A program made the translations under genes and the position numbers. Positions 38,292 to 48,438 of a stretch of DNA of 64,000 nucleotides are shown piece after piece (position 1 is the first letter of the stretch; every line of letters begins with the position of its first letter). Source of the stretch: Candidatus Latescibacterota bacterium (GTDB lineage: Bacteria; Latescibacterota; UBA2968; GCA-2709665); contig OZ244744.1 of NCBI GenBank assembly GCA_965219455.1, forward strand, positions 5,056,001 through 5,120,000, written 5' to 3'. Below the pieces are notes generated by a model, which was not told the origin of the DNA, did no database searches, and was given only the letters and a program-made list of their open reading frames with translations.

Positions 38292-39326
38292 TTACCGGAT
38301 CCTGATATCGTATTTCCCGGGTACGGTAACCGGAAGATCCTGGTTGTCGATCATCCGATGCAGCGGTGAGGGTCCCGATGCGAGCGGAAAGGTAACCGTG
38401 TCGCGGATGCGGGCGGATTCATAGATGGCCATGAGTATCTCAATGACGGTGCGGTTCTTGCGGATGGCGCAACGGTGCTCGCTGACGCGGCCTTCCATCC
38501 AGTCCACGAGTTCCACCGCCTGTGCGACGCCCACGTCGATGGAATCGGTCGAATCGAGGTCCTGCGATCCTTCGCCATTGAGCAATTGCGCCTTCCGAGG
38601 TCCGACGACGAGGGTGCCCTCCGTTCCGTGCAGTGCCATCGCGCCATAGGGGGGAGCCGGCTCGGGCGCATCGCTTTCAATCAGGATGCGCGCGCCGTTT
38701 TTAAGCGCGACGATTCCCGCGCAGAGATCTTCGATAGGTTCGTGGCGTTCGTGGCGGTCGGTGTGTCGCGCCACCTGGCCGATCGCCCAGACGGGTGCGG
38801 GATCATCCATCAGGTATTGCGCGATGTCGACAAGGTGGCTGCCGTTGTTGAGCAGGCCGCCCGTCGTGTTTCCGTGAAAGAGTCCGGGCTGCCCGATAGC
38901 GCCTCCCGACACCAGTTCCCGGCCCTTCTCGCATGCGCCGCGGAACCGCTGGTGATGACCCACGGCGACGCGGGTGCCGGCTCTTTCTGCGGCGTACAGG
39001 ATGCGGTCGACTTCCTCGAGGCTGCCGGCCAGCGGTTTTTCACACAGGATGCCGCCAATGCCGGCCTCCGCCGCGGAGACGGCGATTTCCGCGTGGGTAT
39101 TCATCCACGTACAGATGCTGATAATGTCGAGATTGCCCTTGCTGAACATGTCCGGATAACGGGTATACCGGTTCCGGATGCCGAATTCATCCGCACGGCT
39201 GTTCGCGGCCTGTTCGCTGATGTCCGCGATGCAGGTCAGGTCGACGTCGGGATGGGCCTGCCATGCGTTGATGTGTCTGCGGGAAATACTTCCGGCGCCC
39301 ACCACACCGGCACGAAGAGATGCCAT
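38292..39326 (-). CDS. Gfo/Idh/MocA family oxidoreductase
   Basis: GVVGAGSIS, CEKP, GGLLNNGSHLVD. Confidence 0.9.
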   Translation of the reverse strand: MASLRAGVVGAGSISRRHINAWQAHPDVDLTCIADISEQAANSRADEFGIRNRYTRYPDMFSKGNLDIISICTWMNTHAEIAVSAAEAGIGGILCEKPLAGSLEEVDRILYAAERAGTRVAVGHHQRFRGACEKGRELVSGGAIGQPGLFHGNTTGGLLNNGSHLVDIAQYLMDDPAPVWAIGQVARHTDRHERHEPIEDLCAGIVALKNGARILIESDAPEPAPPYGAMALHGTEGTLVVGPRKAQLLNGEGSQDLDSTDSIDVGVAQAVELVDWMEGRVSEHRCAIRKNRTVIEILMAIYESARIRDTVTFPLASGPSPLHRMIDNQDLPVTVPGKYDIRIR

Positions 39327-39381
39327 AGCGTTCCTTTCAGTTTTGTCGTACACGAATTAGAATCACAGACCGCCAATTCGC

Positions 39382-39411
39382 TTGACGGGCCGCCTCCGGC
39401 GCTGTTATCAT
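39382..39411 (+). promoter_or_regulatory. Candidate sigma70 promoter upstream of MITE copy 2 and the peptidase
   Basis: TTGACG-18 bp-TATCAT with extended -10 TG. Confidence 0.45.
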
Positions 39412-39509
39412 ACGACAGAAACCGAATTCTGAACAGAAAAACAACCCGGCTAACATTCCGTTGATAAAGTTGCTCCGCAGACCGGATGGACTTTTTCAAC
39501 GGGATGCTA

Positions 39510-39672
39510 ATGTTCTGTCCCGAAAATAGGTTGCCTAAATTCGGCCGACGAGTCGCCCGTCTCGCAAGGCGCCTGAGCGCAGCCGACCTGCGTAAGGTCT
39601 GCGAGCGAAGGAAACGCAGCGAGTCGGGATGAATCGGCGGGAGAATGGTGAGATATTTTTGGGACAGAACAC
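39510..39672. mobile_element. MITE copy 2 (163 bp, without nested hairpins)
   Basis: Same TIRs and body as 7875-8106; TA on both flanks. Confidence 0.85.
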
Positions 39673-39692
39673 TACGGAAAGGAGTCCCTATC

Positions 39693-40832
39693 ATGTTGAC
39701 ACCGGAAGGCTGCAGGCACCGGCAGAACAGGCTGCGCGCAAAACTGAACGCAGATCGAATTGACGCAATCGTGTTTTCGGATCATATCGAAATCTACTAT
39801 CTGACGGGACTGCTGCTGTCAGGTTATCCCGCGTTCTATTTCCCGGCCTTCCTGTTCCTCGAGACGAATGGCGGTTCCTGGCTGGCGGCGCATACGGAGG
39901 AGGGCGACGCGCTGGTGGACGACCGGATCACCTACGAATGGCACCGTATGAGTACGATGAATCCCGATCCCCTCCGTCTGCTCAACAGGGTCGTGGCGGC
40001 GAGACTGAGCGGCGGGAAGCCGGTCTCCCGCATCGGGTGGCAACAGGAGGGCCTTGAGAGGCTGCTGGCGGAGACGGTGGACGCTACGCTGTTTCCCGAT
40101 ACCTGGGTGCCCGTTGATGATTTGCTGGCGGACCTGCACAAGCGGAAAGAATCCGACGAAGTCTCATTGTTGCGGAAGAGCATCGAGGTCGATCTGGCGG
40201 CGTATACGCGGGCACAGGAAGTGATTGAACCGGGGGTTAGCGAACTGGACGTGCTGGCCGAGGCGCAGCAGGCGGCGATGAGGGCCGCGGGGGAGGTGGT
40301 CTACCACGGGGGCGACTATCAGGCCGGCGTCATTGGCGGGACGGCGAGGGATCGGAAGATAGAGGCGGGCGAACTTTACATCATCGACGCCCAGTCCACA
40401 TATCGCGGATACTGGTCGGATCTGGCGCGGACCTTTGCGGTCGGCGGGGAGCCCACGGATCTGCAGATGTCGGTCTACGAGCACCTTGCTGGAATCCTGG
40501 AGGAAGTTTCAGGTCTGGTCCGCCCGGGGGGAAGCGCCACGGCGCTCTGGAACACGATCGACGCGCGCATTCGTGAACACGCTCACCTGGCGGATATCGG
40601 GTTGATCCACCATGGCGGCCACGGCGTGGGGCTGCGGCCCCATGAAGCGCCGGACATCAATCGCGACCGCGACGCGATTTTCGAAGTTGGAGACGTGTTT
40701 TCCTGCGAGCCCGGGGCATACAGTAACGACCTGCGTTCGGGAATCCGCCTGGAGAACACCTTCGTGATTAGGCCCTCAGGCGTGGAAACGCTGTCTGAGT
40801 ATCCCTTGAATCTCGTACCGGTCAAGGTGTAA
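39693..40832 (+). CDS. M24 family Xaa-Pro peptidase
   Basis: IIDA..GYWSDLART, HHGGHGVGL..HEAP, EPGAY, GIRLEN; AAGGAG RBS. Confidence 0.9.
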   Translation: MLTPEGCRHRQNRLRAKLNADRIDAIVFSDHIEIYYLTGLLLSGYPAFYFPAFLFLETNGGSWLAAHTEEGDALVDDRITYEWHRMSTMNPDPLRLLNRVVAARLSGGKPVSRIGWQQEGLERLLAETVDATLFPDTWVPVDDLLADLHKRKESDEVSLLRKSIEVDLAAYTRAQEVIEPGVSELDVLAEAQQAAMRAAGEVVYHGGDYQAGVIGGTARDRKIEAGELYIIDAQSTYRGYWSDLARTFAVGGEPTDLQMSVYEHLAGILEEVSGLVRPGGSATALWNTIDARIREHAHLADIGLIHHGGHGVGLRPHEAPDINRDRDAIFEVGDVFSCEPGAYSNDLRSGIRLENTFVIRPSGVETLSEYPLNLVPVKV

Positions 40833-41024
40833 TGTGCTTGGCGATAGGACCTTACGGACGAGGACCAGGGAAATGGAGGTCCAGGGCCGGTCGCGTGCAA
40901 TTTCAGTTGACTTCCGTACGTCGACCGGCCTAATTCTAACGGGGCCGTTGATTGCCTCGGCTCCGCCTATTGCAAGCCAGAACGTGGGTTACAACTGCGG
41001 CGTTTCAGATCGCCGGGGGCTACC

Positions 41025-42182
41025 GTGGCCATCATTGTAGATAGCGGAAGGCGCATTCCGTTCCTGAGAGGAATGCTCACGCACTATCTGCTGGAGCAGG
41101 GATTCTCCTTCCGGGAGGCATACCAGGTCGCAGACCGGGTCAGAAGTTCCATCCAGAAGCAGAAAAAGGTACCCGCTGGCAAGATGATCGATCTGGTACA
41201 TACCCACGCGCGTGAGCTTTTCGCCGACCGTCCGGTGGGAGACGGTGTTTTCTGGGCGCCCAGGTCCCGGCAGATACTCGTCGAAGACGACCTGGGAACC
41301 CGCCCTTTTTCAAAGGACCATCTCTCCGACTCCCTGGCGATAACCGGCGTTGACGAAAGCCAGGCCTATCGTATCGCCGAGCGAATCGAGGGCGATTTCA
41401 TCCGGAACGACCGCACGGTCGTTACCCGTGACGACATCCTGCAAGCGACGTTGAACATACTTCGAAAAGATTCCGGCGATGTGTTTGCCGAACGGTACGG
41501 CATCTGGAACCAGTTTCGCAAAGGCGGGCAGACAACACCCCTGATCGTCCTGATCGGCGGGGGAACGGGCGTCGGCAAGACAACGGTAGGCGTGGCGCTC
41601 GCCAATCTTCTGCGGGTGTCGCGGGTGGCGTCCACCGACGGGATCCGGCAGGTTATGCGGTTGATGATCGCGTCGGACCTCATGCCCGCATTGCAGGTCT
41701 CATCTTATGCGGCCTGGGAGGTGATCCCCGTACCGACCGTCGAGGCGCCCGATCCCGTGGTCTACGGTTTTCGCGAGCAGGCGGCCCGGGTCTGTGTCGG
41801 CGTACGGGCAACCATTGAACGGGCGATTGACGAAAACGTCAGCCTGATCGTGGACGGTGTTCACCTGATGCCCGACCTGCTCGAACTGGAAGTGTATGCC
41901 AAAAATGCGCTTTTTATCCATTTGAATCTATATCTTACTGATCTGCAGCAATTTGCGGATCGTTTTGAAAGTCGGGGAAAAGGCGCCGCGGGTCGAACGC
42001 GGCATCGGTATATCAAATATCTGGACCAGATAATGAAGATCCAGCAGCATATTCTGGACGTCGGCGATGGCGCCGAGGTACCGGCATTTGAGAACTCGGA
42101 TCTGGATGAGACCGTACAGTCGATTTCGCTACTCATCATGGATACACTGCGGAAGGTTCCGAAAGGCGGGGAAGGCAGGTAG
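41025..42182 (+). CDS. 2-phosphoglycerate kinase-like protein with two ATP-cone domains
   Basis: PFLRGML and PFSKDHL ATP-cone starts, GGGTGVGKT, STDGIRQVMR, IERAIDENVSLIVDGVHL. Confidence 0.8.
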   Translation: MAIIVDSGRRIPFLRGMLTHYLLEQGFSFREAYQVADRVRSSIQKQKKVPAGKMIDLVHTHARELFADRPVGDGVFWAPRSRQILVEDDLGTRPFSKDHLSDSLAITGVDESQAYRIAERIEGDFIRNDRTVVTRDDILQATLNILRKDSGDVFAERYGIWNQFRKGGQTTPLIVLIGGGTGVGKTTVGVALANLLRVSRVASTDGIRQVMRLMIASDLMPALQVSSYAAWEVIPVPTVEAPDPVVYGFREQAARVCVGVRATIERAIDENVSLIVDGVHLMPDLLELEVYAKNALFIHLNLYLTDLQQFADRFESRGKGAAGRTRHRYIKYLDQIMKIQQHILDVGDGAEVPAFENSDLDETVQSISLLIMDTLRKVPKGGEGR

Positions 42183-42249
42183 AAATCCGGGAAACGGGTT
42201 TTCGAGACAGAGATATGGATGTAATTCTCTTTAATGTGGAGCGAGGGAA

Positions 42250-43071
42250 ATGATCGACACACATGTTCATCTGGGGCAACTCCTGTTTGACAACCCGGGA
42301 TTGACACCCTCCAAACTGCTTCGGTGGATGGATCGGCACGGGATCGAAAAGGCGGTGGTGATGGCGGTGGAGGTGCCGGAAGAGCTGGATTTCTTTGTGA
42401 CAACAAAGGAATTGCTGAGAATGACGCGTCCCCATCGCGACCGATTGAAGCCTCTATGCGCCGTGGATCCCCGTCATCGCTATCCGGGGCGGTTTGAGCC
42501 GTACCCGATCATCGCGAGTTACATGGATCAGGGCTGTGTCGGATACGGAGAGAATCTGTGCGGATTGCCCGTGGACGATCCGATGCAGCAACGGGTCTAC
42601 GAGGCGTGCGACCGGTTGAATATTGCCATTGTTATGCATTTCGATTCTTGGATTAATCGGGATAAACCAGGGCTCACCGGGTTTGAACGAATGCTGAAGA
42701 CCTACCGAAACGTAGAGTTCATCGGGCATTCACCCCATTTCTGGCGCGAGATATCAGGAAACGTGGACGCAGGGGCGGGGTATCCCGGTGGAAAGGTGGC
42801 GCCAGGCGGCAGGGTTGAAGCGCTGTTTCGAATGTACCCGAATCTGTTCGCGGACCTTTCCGCTGGATCCGGGTACGGGGCCATTACGCGGGACCCGGAA
42901 TTCGGGCTGAAATTCCTGAAGCGATGGAAACACCGATTGATGTTCGCTACCGACTATCTGCGCGTGGGACAGGAAACGCCAATTATCGACTACATCAGAA
43001 ATGCGCCGCTCTCGAAAGATGCGTTCGAACGAATTACGCGGAAAAATGCCGAGAAATTATTCCGGCTCTAA
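42250..43071 (+). CDS. Amidohydrolase_2 family protein, paralog 1
   Basis: IDTHVH, GYGE, VMH, IGH, ADLSAGSG, LMFATD. Confidence 0.9.
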   Translation: MIDTHVHLGQLLFDNPGLTPSKLLRWMDRHGIEKAVVMAVEVPEELDFFVTTKELLRMTRPHRDRLKPLCAVDPRHRYPGRFEPYPIIASYMDQGCVGYGENLCGLPVDDPMQQRVYEACDRLNIAIVMHFDSWINRDKPGLTGFERMLKTYRNVEFIGHSPHFWREISGNVDAGAGYPGGKVAPGGRVEALFRMYPNLFADLSAGSGYGAITRDPEFGLKFLKRWKHRLMFATDYLRVGQETPIIDYIRNAPLSKDAFERITRKNAEKLFRL

Positions 43072-43133
43072 CGGGTTTGCGATGGCCTGAAAGTGTCACT
43101 TATTTGTGGAGACGGGATACCAGGGAGTCGACA

Positions 43134-43982
43134 ATGATTGATACCCATTTACATCTCGGACAGCTTGTGAGGGAGGATCCCGGCCTGACCCCCGCCAGAC
43201 TGTTGCGCTGGATGGACCGTCACGGGATCGAGAAGGGGATCGTGATGGCGGTGGAAGTGCCCGAGGAGCTTGACTTTTACATGACGACGAAAGAGTTGTT
43301 GAGGTTGACTCGATCGCACCGGGACCGGTTGCTGCCGCTGTGCGCCGTGGATCCGAGGCATCGATACCCCGGCAGATTCAATCCCTACCCGATCATCGAG
43401 CATTATATGGATCGGGGATGCGTGGGATATGGGGAGAATCTGTGCGGCCTCCCGGTGGACGATCCGATGCAGCAGCGCGTCTATGAGGCCTGCGACCGGC
43501 TGGGTCTGGCGGTTGTTATGCATATTGACCACTGGATCAACCGGGACGACACCGGATTGCCCGGTTTTGAGCGGATGGTGAAGACGTACCGGAATGTGAA
43601 TTGGGTGGGCCACGCGCAATATTTCTGGCGGGAGATCTCAGGGGAGATCAGGCCGGGCGAGCGCTATCCGCAGGGACCGGTGGCGCCTGGCGGACGTCTG
43701 GACGCATTGTTTCGGAAACATTCGAACCTGTACGCGGACCTTTCGGCGCAGTCGGGTTATGGGGCCATAACGCGGGATCCGGCATTCGGACTGAAGTTCC
43801 TGAAGCGCTGGAAGCATCGGTTGATGTTCGCTACAGATACCATCCACACGCGGCCGATGCCCGCATGTTCGATCGTTGGCACCCCGCCCCTGCTGGACTA
43901 TATCCGGAAAGCCGATCTGTCCAAAGATGCCCACGAACGCATAACGGCGAAAAACGCGGAATCGGTGTTCCGGATATCGTGA
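43134..43982 (+). CDS. Amidohydrolase_2 family protein, paralog 2
   Basis: Start at MIDTHLH after GGGAG; long blocks identical to paralog 1. Confidence 0.9.
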   Translation: MIDTHLHLGQLVREDPGLTPARLLRWMDRHGIEKGIVMAVEVPEELDFYMTTKELLRLTRSHRDRLLPLCAVDPRHRYPGRFNPYPIIEHYMDRGCVGYGENLCGLPVDDPMQQRVYEACDRLGLAVVMHIDHWINRDDTGLPGFERMVKTYRNVNWVGHAQYFWREISGEIRPGERYPQGPVAPGGRLDALFRKHSNLYADLSAQSGYGAITRDPAFGLKFLKRWKHRLMFATDTIHTRPMPACSIVGTPPLLDYIRKADLSKDAHERITAKNAESVFRIS

Positions 43983-44099
43983 ATCCACCTCGCCTCCTGC
44001 GATTGGAATCCGCATGCGTACGTAGGCCCCGGCTCTAACGCGCGTATCCGATCTCCTCGTCCGAATCCGCTTTTCAATGACCCAACGTGATGGAGAAGG

Positions 44100-44489
44100 A
44101 TGGAAATGGATTTTCCCCGGATGTTTCCGTTGCGGCAGACGTTTGCCGCGGAGAGTCTGGCGGATCCTGTCGGGCAGACACGCCGGTGTGTCATGAACTC
44201 ATCGCTGGGCGAACGCATTTCCGGGGGTGAACGGGTCGCGATAACAGCCGGCAGCAGGGGTATTCACCGGATCGCGCAGTTGACCCGGACGATCGTGGAC
44301 TGCGTCCGGGAACTGGGGGGCAGTCCATTCATTCTGGCGTCAATGGGCAGTCACGGCGGGGCTACGGCCGACGGGCAGAAGGCGATTCTGACCTCATATG
44401 AGATTGACGAATCGGCGATGGGAGCGCCGGTCGACATGCACTTCGACGGAGAAGGCAATCTATCCGCGTCCGGATCGCGATCCGGATAA
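44100..44489 (+). pseudogene. LarA-N/DUF362-like protein, internally deleted or truncated
   Basis: VAITAGSRGI..SMGSHGGATADGQ..MGAPV joined to a terminal FDGEGNL motif; only 129 aa. Confidence 0.6.
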
Positions 44490-44568
44490 TGGCCGAAGGC
44501 TTATAATCACTTCCGTGCGTATTGAGTGTCCCTCATCGGAGCGAGGGAGTCAGACCGAGTCGCAGGAC

Positions 44569-45519
44569 TCACAGCACCCCGGTTTTCCTTAACAGGTTTC
44601 GAACCCTGGAGCGGTCTTCCGCCGAGAGAACATCGCCGGACGGGGCTCCGGTCACTTGCGCTTGCGGCGTGTCCCTCATGGGCCCGCCGGCAAGCCCCAT
44701 CATTTCCAGCCCGGCCTTGAGCATGGGCGTTCCGAGTTCGCCCCTCAAGGAAGCCAGCGGCTCGAAATAGTCGCGCAGTTCCATTGCTGTTTTCCATCGC
44801 CGCCGAATACCGGCGTTGTGCATGCTGATGGACATGGGCAGGGTGAGGTTGGCCATTCCCGTTGTGAAACCCCTGGCGCCCGCGAGATAGTAGTAGGGCG
44901 CCATATTTTCGCCACCCCCGGTGATGATGGGTACGCTGTGTCCCACGGCCCTGCAACCGGTGCGCACCCAGTCGACGGCATTGCTTTCCTCCTTTATGGC
45001 GACGACGTTCTCGAGTCTTGAAAACCGCTTCACAAGATCTATTGAAAGAAGCTGCCGGGGTGCCCGGAAGGGGATAATTCCGATATCCACGGATTGCCCG
45101 ATTGCACGATGATGTCGCCAGATCGCCCCCTCCCCACGGGCGACGACCGGGTCGTGCGGCATCACGAGCAGGGCGTCGCAGCCGACGTCCTGGGCGTTTT
45201 CTGCCATCTTCACGGCTTTTTTTGCGCTCCAGCCGACACCGCATACAATCTTGCACTTCCCCTGGGCACCCGCAACCGCGGCGGCGGACAGATCTCTGAC
45301 TTCGGATGTCGACAAGGCGTAGAATTCACCCGATCCGCCGCAGATCACGAGGGTTTTCCGGCCATTGATCCCCGCAAAATAACGCGCGTTTTTCTCCATG
45401 CCCGCCGTATCGATCCGGTATCTGCCCTGCCGATTCAGGGCGGTCTTCATGGGTGTCATCACAAAGACGTATACCCCACGCGCGTTCATTGATTCTCGAA
45501 GTTTGCCGCAGTCGCTCAT
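44569..45519 (-). CDS. DapA family lyase (5-dehydro-4-deoxyglucarate dehydratase-like)
   Basis: TPM, GGSGEFYALS, NVVAIKEE, GFTTGMAN, KAGL. Confidence 0.8.
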   Translation of the reverse strand: MSDCGKLRESMNARGVYVFVMTPMKTALNRQGRYRIDTAGMEKNARYFAGINGRKTLVICGGSGEFYALSTSEVRDLSAAAVAGAQGKCKIVCGVGWSAKKAVKMAENAQDVGCDALLVMPHDPVVARGEGAIWRHHRAIGQSVDIGIIPFRAPRQLLSIDLVKRFSRLENVVAIKEESNAVDWVRTGCRAVGHSVPIITGGGENMAPYYYLAGARGFTTGMANLTLPMSISMHNAGIRRRWKTAMELRDYFEPLASLRGELGTPMLKAGLEMMGLAGGPMRDTPQAQVTGAPSGDVLSAEDRSRVRNLLRKTGVL

Positions 45520-45535
45520 GATGGACGTCCTCCGC

Positions 45536-45602
45536 GGGATGAATCGGCGCCTCACGCACGCAGACAGGCGGAAGAATGGTGACACATTTCAGGAAAGGAC
45601 AC
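45536..45602. mobile_element. MITE copy 3 (right-end remnant)
   Basis: GGGATGAATCGG..CTCACGCACGCAGACAGGCGGAAGAATGGTGACACATTTCAGGAAAGGACAC-TAG. Confidence 0.7.
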
Positions 45603-46369
45603 TAGGTTCTGTGGGTGTCGAATGCCGCCGCGATGTTCTGCATGCCAGCCGCGACAAGACCACCGTCGGATCCAAGCGCAACAAAGGTAAACCCATCCCT
45701 TACCGTGGAATCGACATGATTGGGATCCAGCAGCAGGATTCCCGCGGCTTTGCCCGCCCGCCTCGCGGCTTCCGAGACCCTGGCCCTGGCATCCAGAAAC
45801 CTGGGATGGTCGAATTGCTGCGGAATACCCAGGTTGACGCTGAGATCGAGGGGGCCGATAAACAGAACGTCCACACCGTCTACCGAGGCGATATCGTCAA
45901 TGCAGTTCACGGCTTCCGGGGTTTCGATCTGTACGACGGTGAGCAGGAGGTCGTGGGACGTTTCGAAATATTCATCGAAATCCCGGCCGAACTCGCTGCC
46001 CCGGTTCAACTTGGCAACACCCCGAATACCCCGGGGGGGATAACGGATCGAGGCCACCGCCTGCTCGGCTTCGGCCATTGTGCTCACGTAGGGTACCATG
46101 ACTCCCGATGCGCCCATATCCAGCACGCGTTTGAAGCGGGGGGGTTCATTGGCCGCAATACGGACAATGGGCACCGCCTGTGTACCGGAAACGACCTGAA
46201 GCTGGATTCGCAGTGTCTCCAGGTCTGACGCGCCGTGTTCGATGTCGATCAGAACCCAATCGAGACCGCTTTTACCGGCGATTTCGGCCGTGACAGCGGA
46301 ACCCAGGTTCAAAAACGTTCCTGCCACAAATTCCCGGTCCAGCGCGCGGCGTCGGATACTCTTTACCAT
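45602..46369 (-). CDS. HpcH/HpaI family aldolase (GarL-like)
   Basis: IDIEHG, LDMGASG, YPPRGIRG, QIET, FIGPLDLS. Confidence 0.9.
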   Translation of the reverse strand: MVKSIRRRALDREFVAGTFLNLGSAVTAEIAGKSGLDWVLIDIEHGASDLETLRIQLQVVSGTQAVPIVRIAANEPPRFKRVLDMGASGVMVPYVSTMAEAEQAVASIRYPPRGIRGVAKLNRGSEFGRDFDEYFETSHDLLLTVVQIETPEAVNCIDDIASVDGVDVLFIGPLDLSVNLGIPQQFDHPRFLDARARVSEAARRAGKAAGILLLDPNHVDSTVRDGFTFVALGSDGGLVAAGMQNIAAAFDTHRT

Positions 46370-46516
46370 GGCGAAGCCTTTCTGCATTGCGGAAGGGATG
46401 CGTCGGGCGCAGCCGGGGTCGGGTCGGTCGGCTCGGGAATCCGCGAGGCCCGCGCGGTCAAGGGCCCTCGGGTTGAAATCCGGATCCGTGGAACAACCCT
46501 CAGCGCATACCGGCGA

Positions 46517-46765
46517 CTATGTATCGTCGTCGCAGTCGGGGCGGCGCGGGTCCTCAATAACGATACCGTTCCGGAGGTATTCGAGCGCCTTTGTATAACT
46601 TCTGTTTTGCAGGAAGTGATTCAACTGTGGGGACGTGACGGGGGCAAGTTTCTTTTGGAGTCTGGACAAATGAAGCAGGTGGTCCGTGATCGGTTCCCTT
46701 TTTTCGATGCTATCCATCAGGTTTTCCAGGGCGTTTTGTAGCGGTGCGGCCTGTTCCGACGTCAC
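46517..46765 (-). CDS. Small hypothetical protein
   Basis: AAGGAGG before GTG; helical, HFLQNRSYTKALEYL. Confidence 0.6.
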   Translation of the reverse strand: MTSEQAAPLQNALENLMDSIEKREPITDHLLHLSRLQKKLAPVTSPQLNHFLQNRSYTKALEYLRNGIVIEDPRRPDCDDDT

Positions 46766-46860
46766 GACAACCTCCTTTGCTTTCCTGGTTGCGGTCAGTG
46801 TGTCCGGAGTGCCCACCGCGTAAACGTCGCCGGGCAGGCGGCGGCGGTTCACGTTTTTGC

Positions 46861-47655
46861 CTATTTGAAATAGGCCCCGGGCGTGCGTTCAACTTCAGCA
46901 ACAAGGGTATCGACGTACGACCTTATCGAGAAGAGCCGGCCTTCGGCATCGCCCACCCGTCCCCGGCTGAGCTTGCCGTTCTCTTCCCAGAACGCGCCCA
47001 GTGCAGTCCGGTTGATCCAGGCATATCTGGCGCGTGGATCGCTTTCGATGCGCCGGTGCCAGCAGAGGACTTCAACGAGGTGAATGTACGTTGAAGACTC
47101 GTAGGTCACGCCCAGCATCACAAGTTTGGCGTCCGACTCATATGCTCTGACCATCGGTGAGTTGTCTCCGTAGGTTTTTCCCCACGGATCGAGGTCCCAG
47201 GGTGAAGAACGCCCTTTTCCGTCGCGATGGCTGTCAACAAACGCCCCGGCGTCTCTGCCTCGGGCGGCGACGGAATGGGAATAGTGGTCGGAGCGATACG
47301 TGTCAGGCATGGTGCGAAAAAACTCGGTGAGCCAACCCACCGTGGACGGGGTTGTTTCCGGGTCCCACGTCTGGGCGCGCAACCGGGTATTGTCCAGGAG
47401 GTTGAACGAGGGCATCAGGATGAGTCCATCCGGATTCGCGGCTTCCTCCAGGGCCCGGACAACCGCGGAAGCACCGCCTTCGACCTGGCCGAGGCTTCTG
47501 AACGAAGAGTGTATGAAAAGGGTATCGCCTGAATCGATACCTAGGTTTCTCAGGTCCCGGCTCAGTGTACCGACCGTGTGCGACCGCAACACGAGATCTT
47601 TCCCTGCGGATGTCAATTCGCCGATTGTTCCCTTGATTATGCAAAATTCTCCCAT
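46861..47655 (-). CDS. AAC(3)/Antibiotic_NAT family N-acetyltransferase
   Basis: LFIHSSFRSLGQVEGG, MPSF, GWLTEFFR..RSDH..HSVAA, STYIHLVE. Confidence 0.85.
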   Translation of the reverse strand: MGEFCIIKGTIGELTSAGKDLVLRSHTVGTLSRDLRNLGIDSGDTLFIHSSFRSLGQVEGGASAVVRALEEAANPDGLILMPSFNLLDNTRLRAQTWDPETTPSTVGWLTEFFRTMPDTYRSDHYSHSVAARGRDAGAFVDSHRDGKGRSSPWDLDPWGKTYGDNSPMVRAYESDAKLVMLGVTYESSTYIHLVEVLCWHRRIESDPRARYAWINRTALGAFWEENGKLSRGRVGDAEGRLFSIRSYVDTLVAEVERTPGAYFK

Positions 47656-47695
47656 GACACGCCGTTCAGGGAGAATTTTGGGATCGAGAACCGGT

Positions 47696-48241
47696 TCAGG
47701 TACGCGTTTCCGCCGGGAACACGGCGGTCTGTACAATTTTGTCGTGCAGCGCCTGTCTGGCGGCGCCAAGGGCGAGGAAGCATCCGATAACGACGATGAC
47801 GCCACCCGCCAAACCGACCACCGTCAGCAGCTGGCTCCCTGTCAGCGCAACAAGGAACGTCGCAACAACCTTGACCTGCTTTACAACCATGCGCAGGATA
47901 AGCGTACCAGTGGCCGCCACCGCGCCGTTTGCGTCTCGGATCTGCATCTTGAGAATCATCTTGCCGGGTGAAGCGCCGGTGAGACCCTCGATCAGACAGT
48001 AGAGGAGTTGAAGAGTGGATACGACCACGCCCACACCCGCCATCAGGCGGGTCAGATCGGAAAGATGGTGCAGGCTCGATCGATCCGAGGTTCCTTTCTC
48101 TCCGGTGATATATTCTGAGATGGACGTCAGGATCCAGATGATGATGAGGTCGATCGCAAATGCCCCGAGCCGTCTGCTGAATCCGATTCTACCGGCTGTG
48201 GCGTCAACCGGGTGGATCTCCGCGGAATAGTCGTCTGCCAT
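47696..48241 (-). CDS. RDD family membrane protein
   Basis: RRLGAFAID, GASPGK, RQALHDKI. Confidence 0.88.
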   Translation of the reverse strand: MADDYSAEIHPVDATAGRIGFSRRLGAFAIDLIIIWILTSISEYITGEKGTSDRSSLHHLSDLTRLMAGVGVVVSTLQLLYCLIEGLTGASPGKMILKMQIRDANGAVAATGTLILRMVVKQVKVVATFLVALTGSQLLTVVGLAGGVIVVIGCFLALGAARQALHDKIVQTAVFPAETRT

Positions 48242-48292
48242 GGGCGTTTCCCTTCCTGCTCTGCCGCGAGTTTCGAATCGGGGTTATCGCTG

Positions 48293-48321
48293 AAGCTAAG
48301 GTCAAGCAAGCGCATTGTCAA
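48293..48321 (-). promoter_or_regulatory. Candidate sigma70 promoter of the RDD gene
   Basis: TTGACA-17 bp-TAGCTT. Confidence 0.5.
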
Positions 48322-48377
48322 CAAGAAAGTAGATGAACCCGGGTCGGTTGGCCGATGGCGTCGGGGGGACGTCAGGG

Positions 48378-48410
48378 AAAAAAAAAACCGGCTATTCGCC
48401 GAAAATCCGG
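48378..48410 (-). terminator. Intrinsic terminator after speDE
   Basis: CCGGATTTTC-GGC-GAATAGCCGG (8/10 stem) followed by T10. Confidence 0.6.
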
Positions 48411-48438
48411 ATGCAGCTCCCGCGAGACGACGTGAAGC

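Noticed and set aside
46861-47655. Acquired aminoglycoside resistance gene
   Set aside because: Family membership only; core-like GC and context, and no mobile element adjacent.
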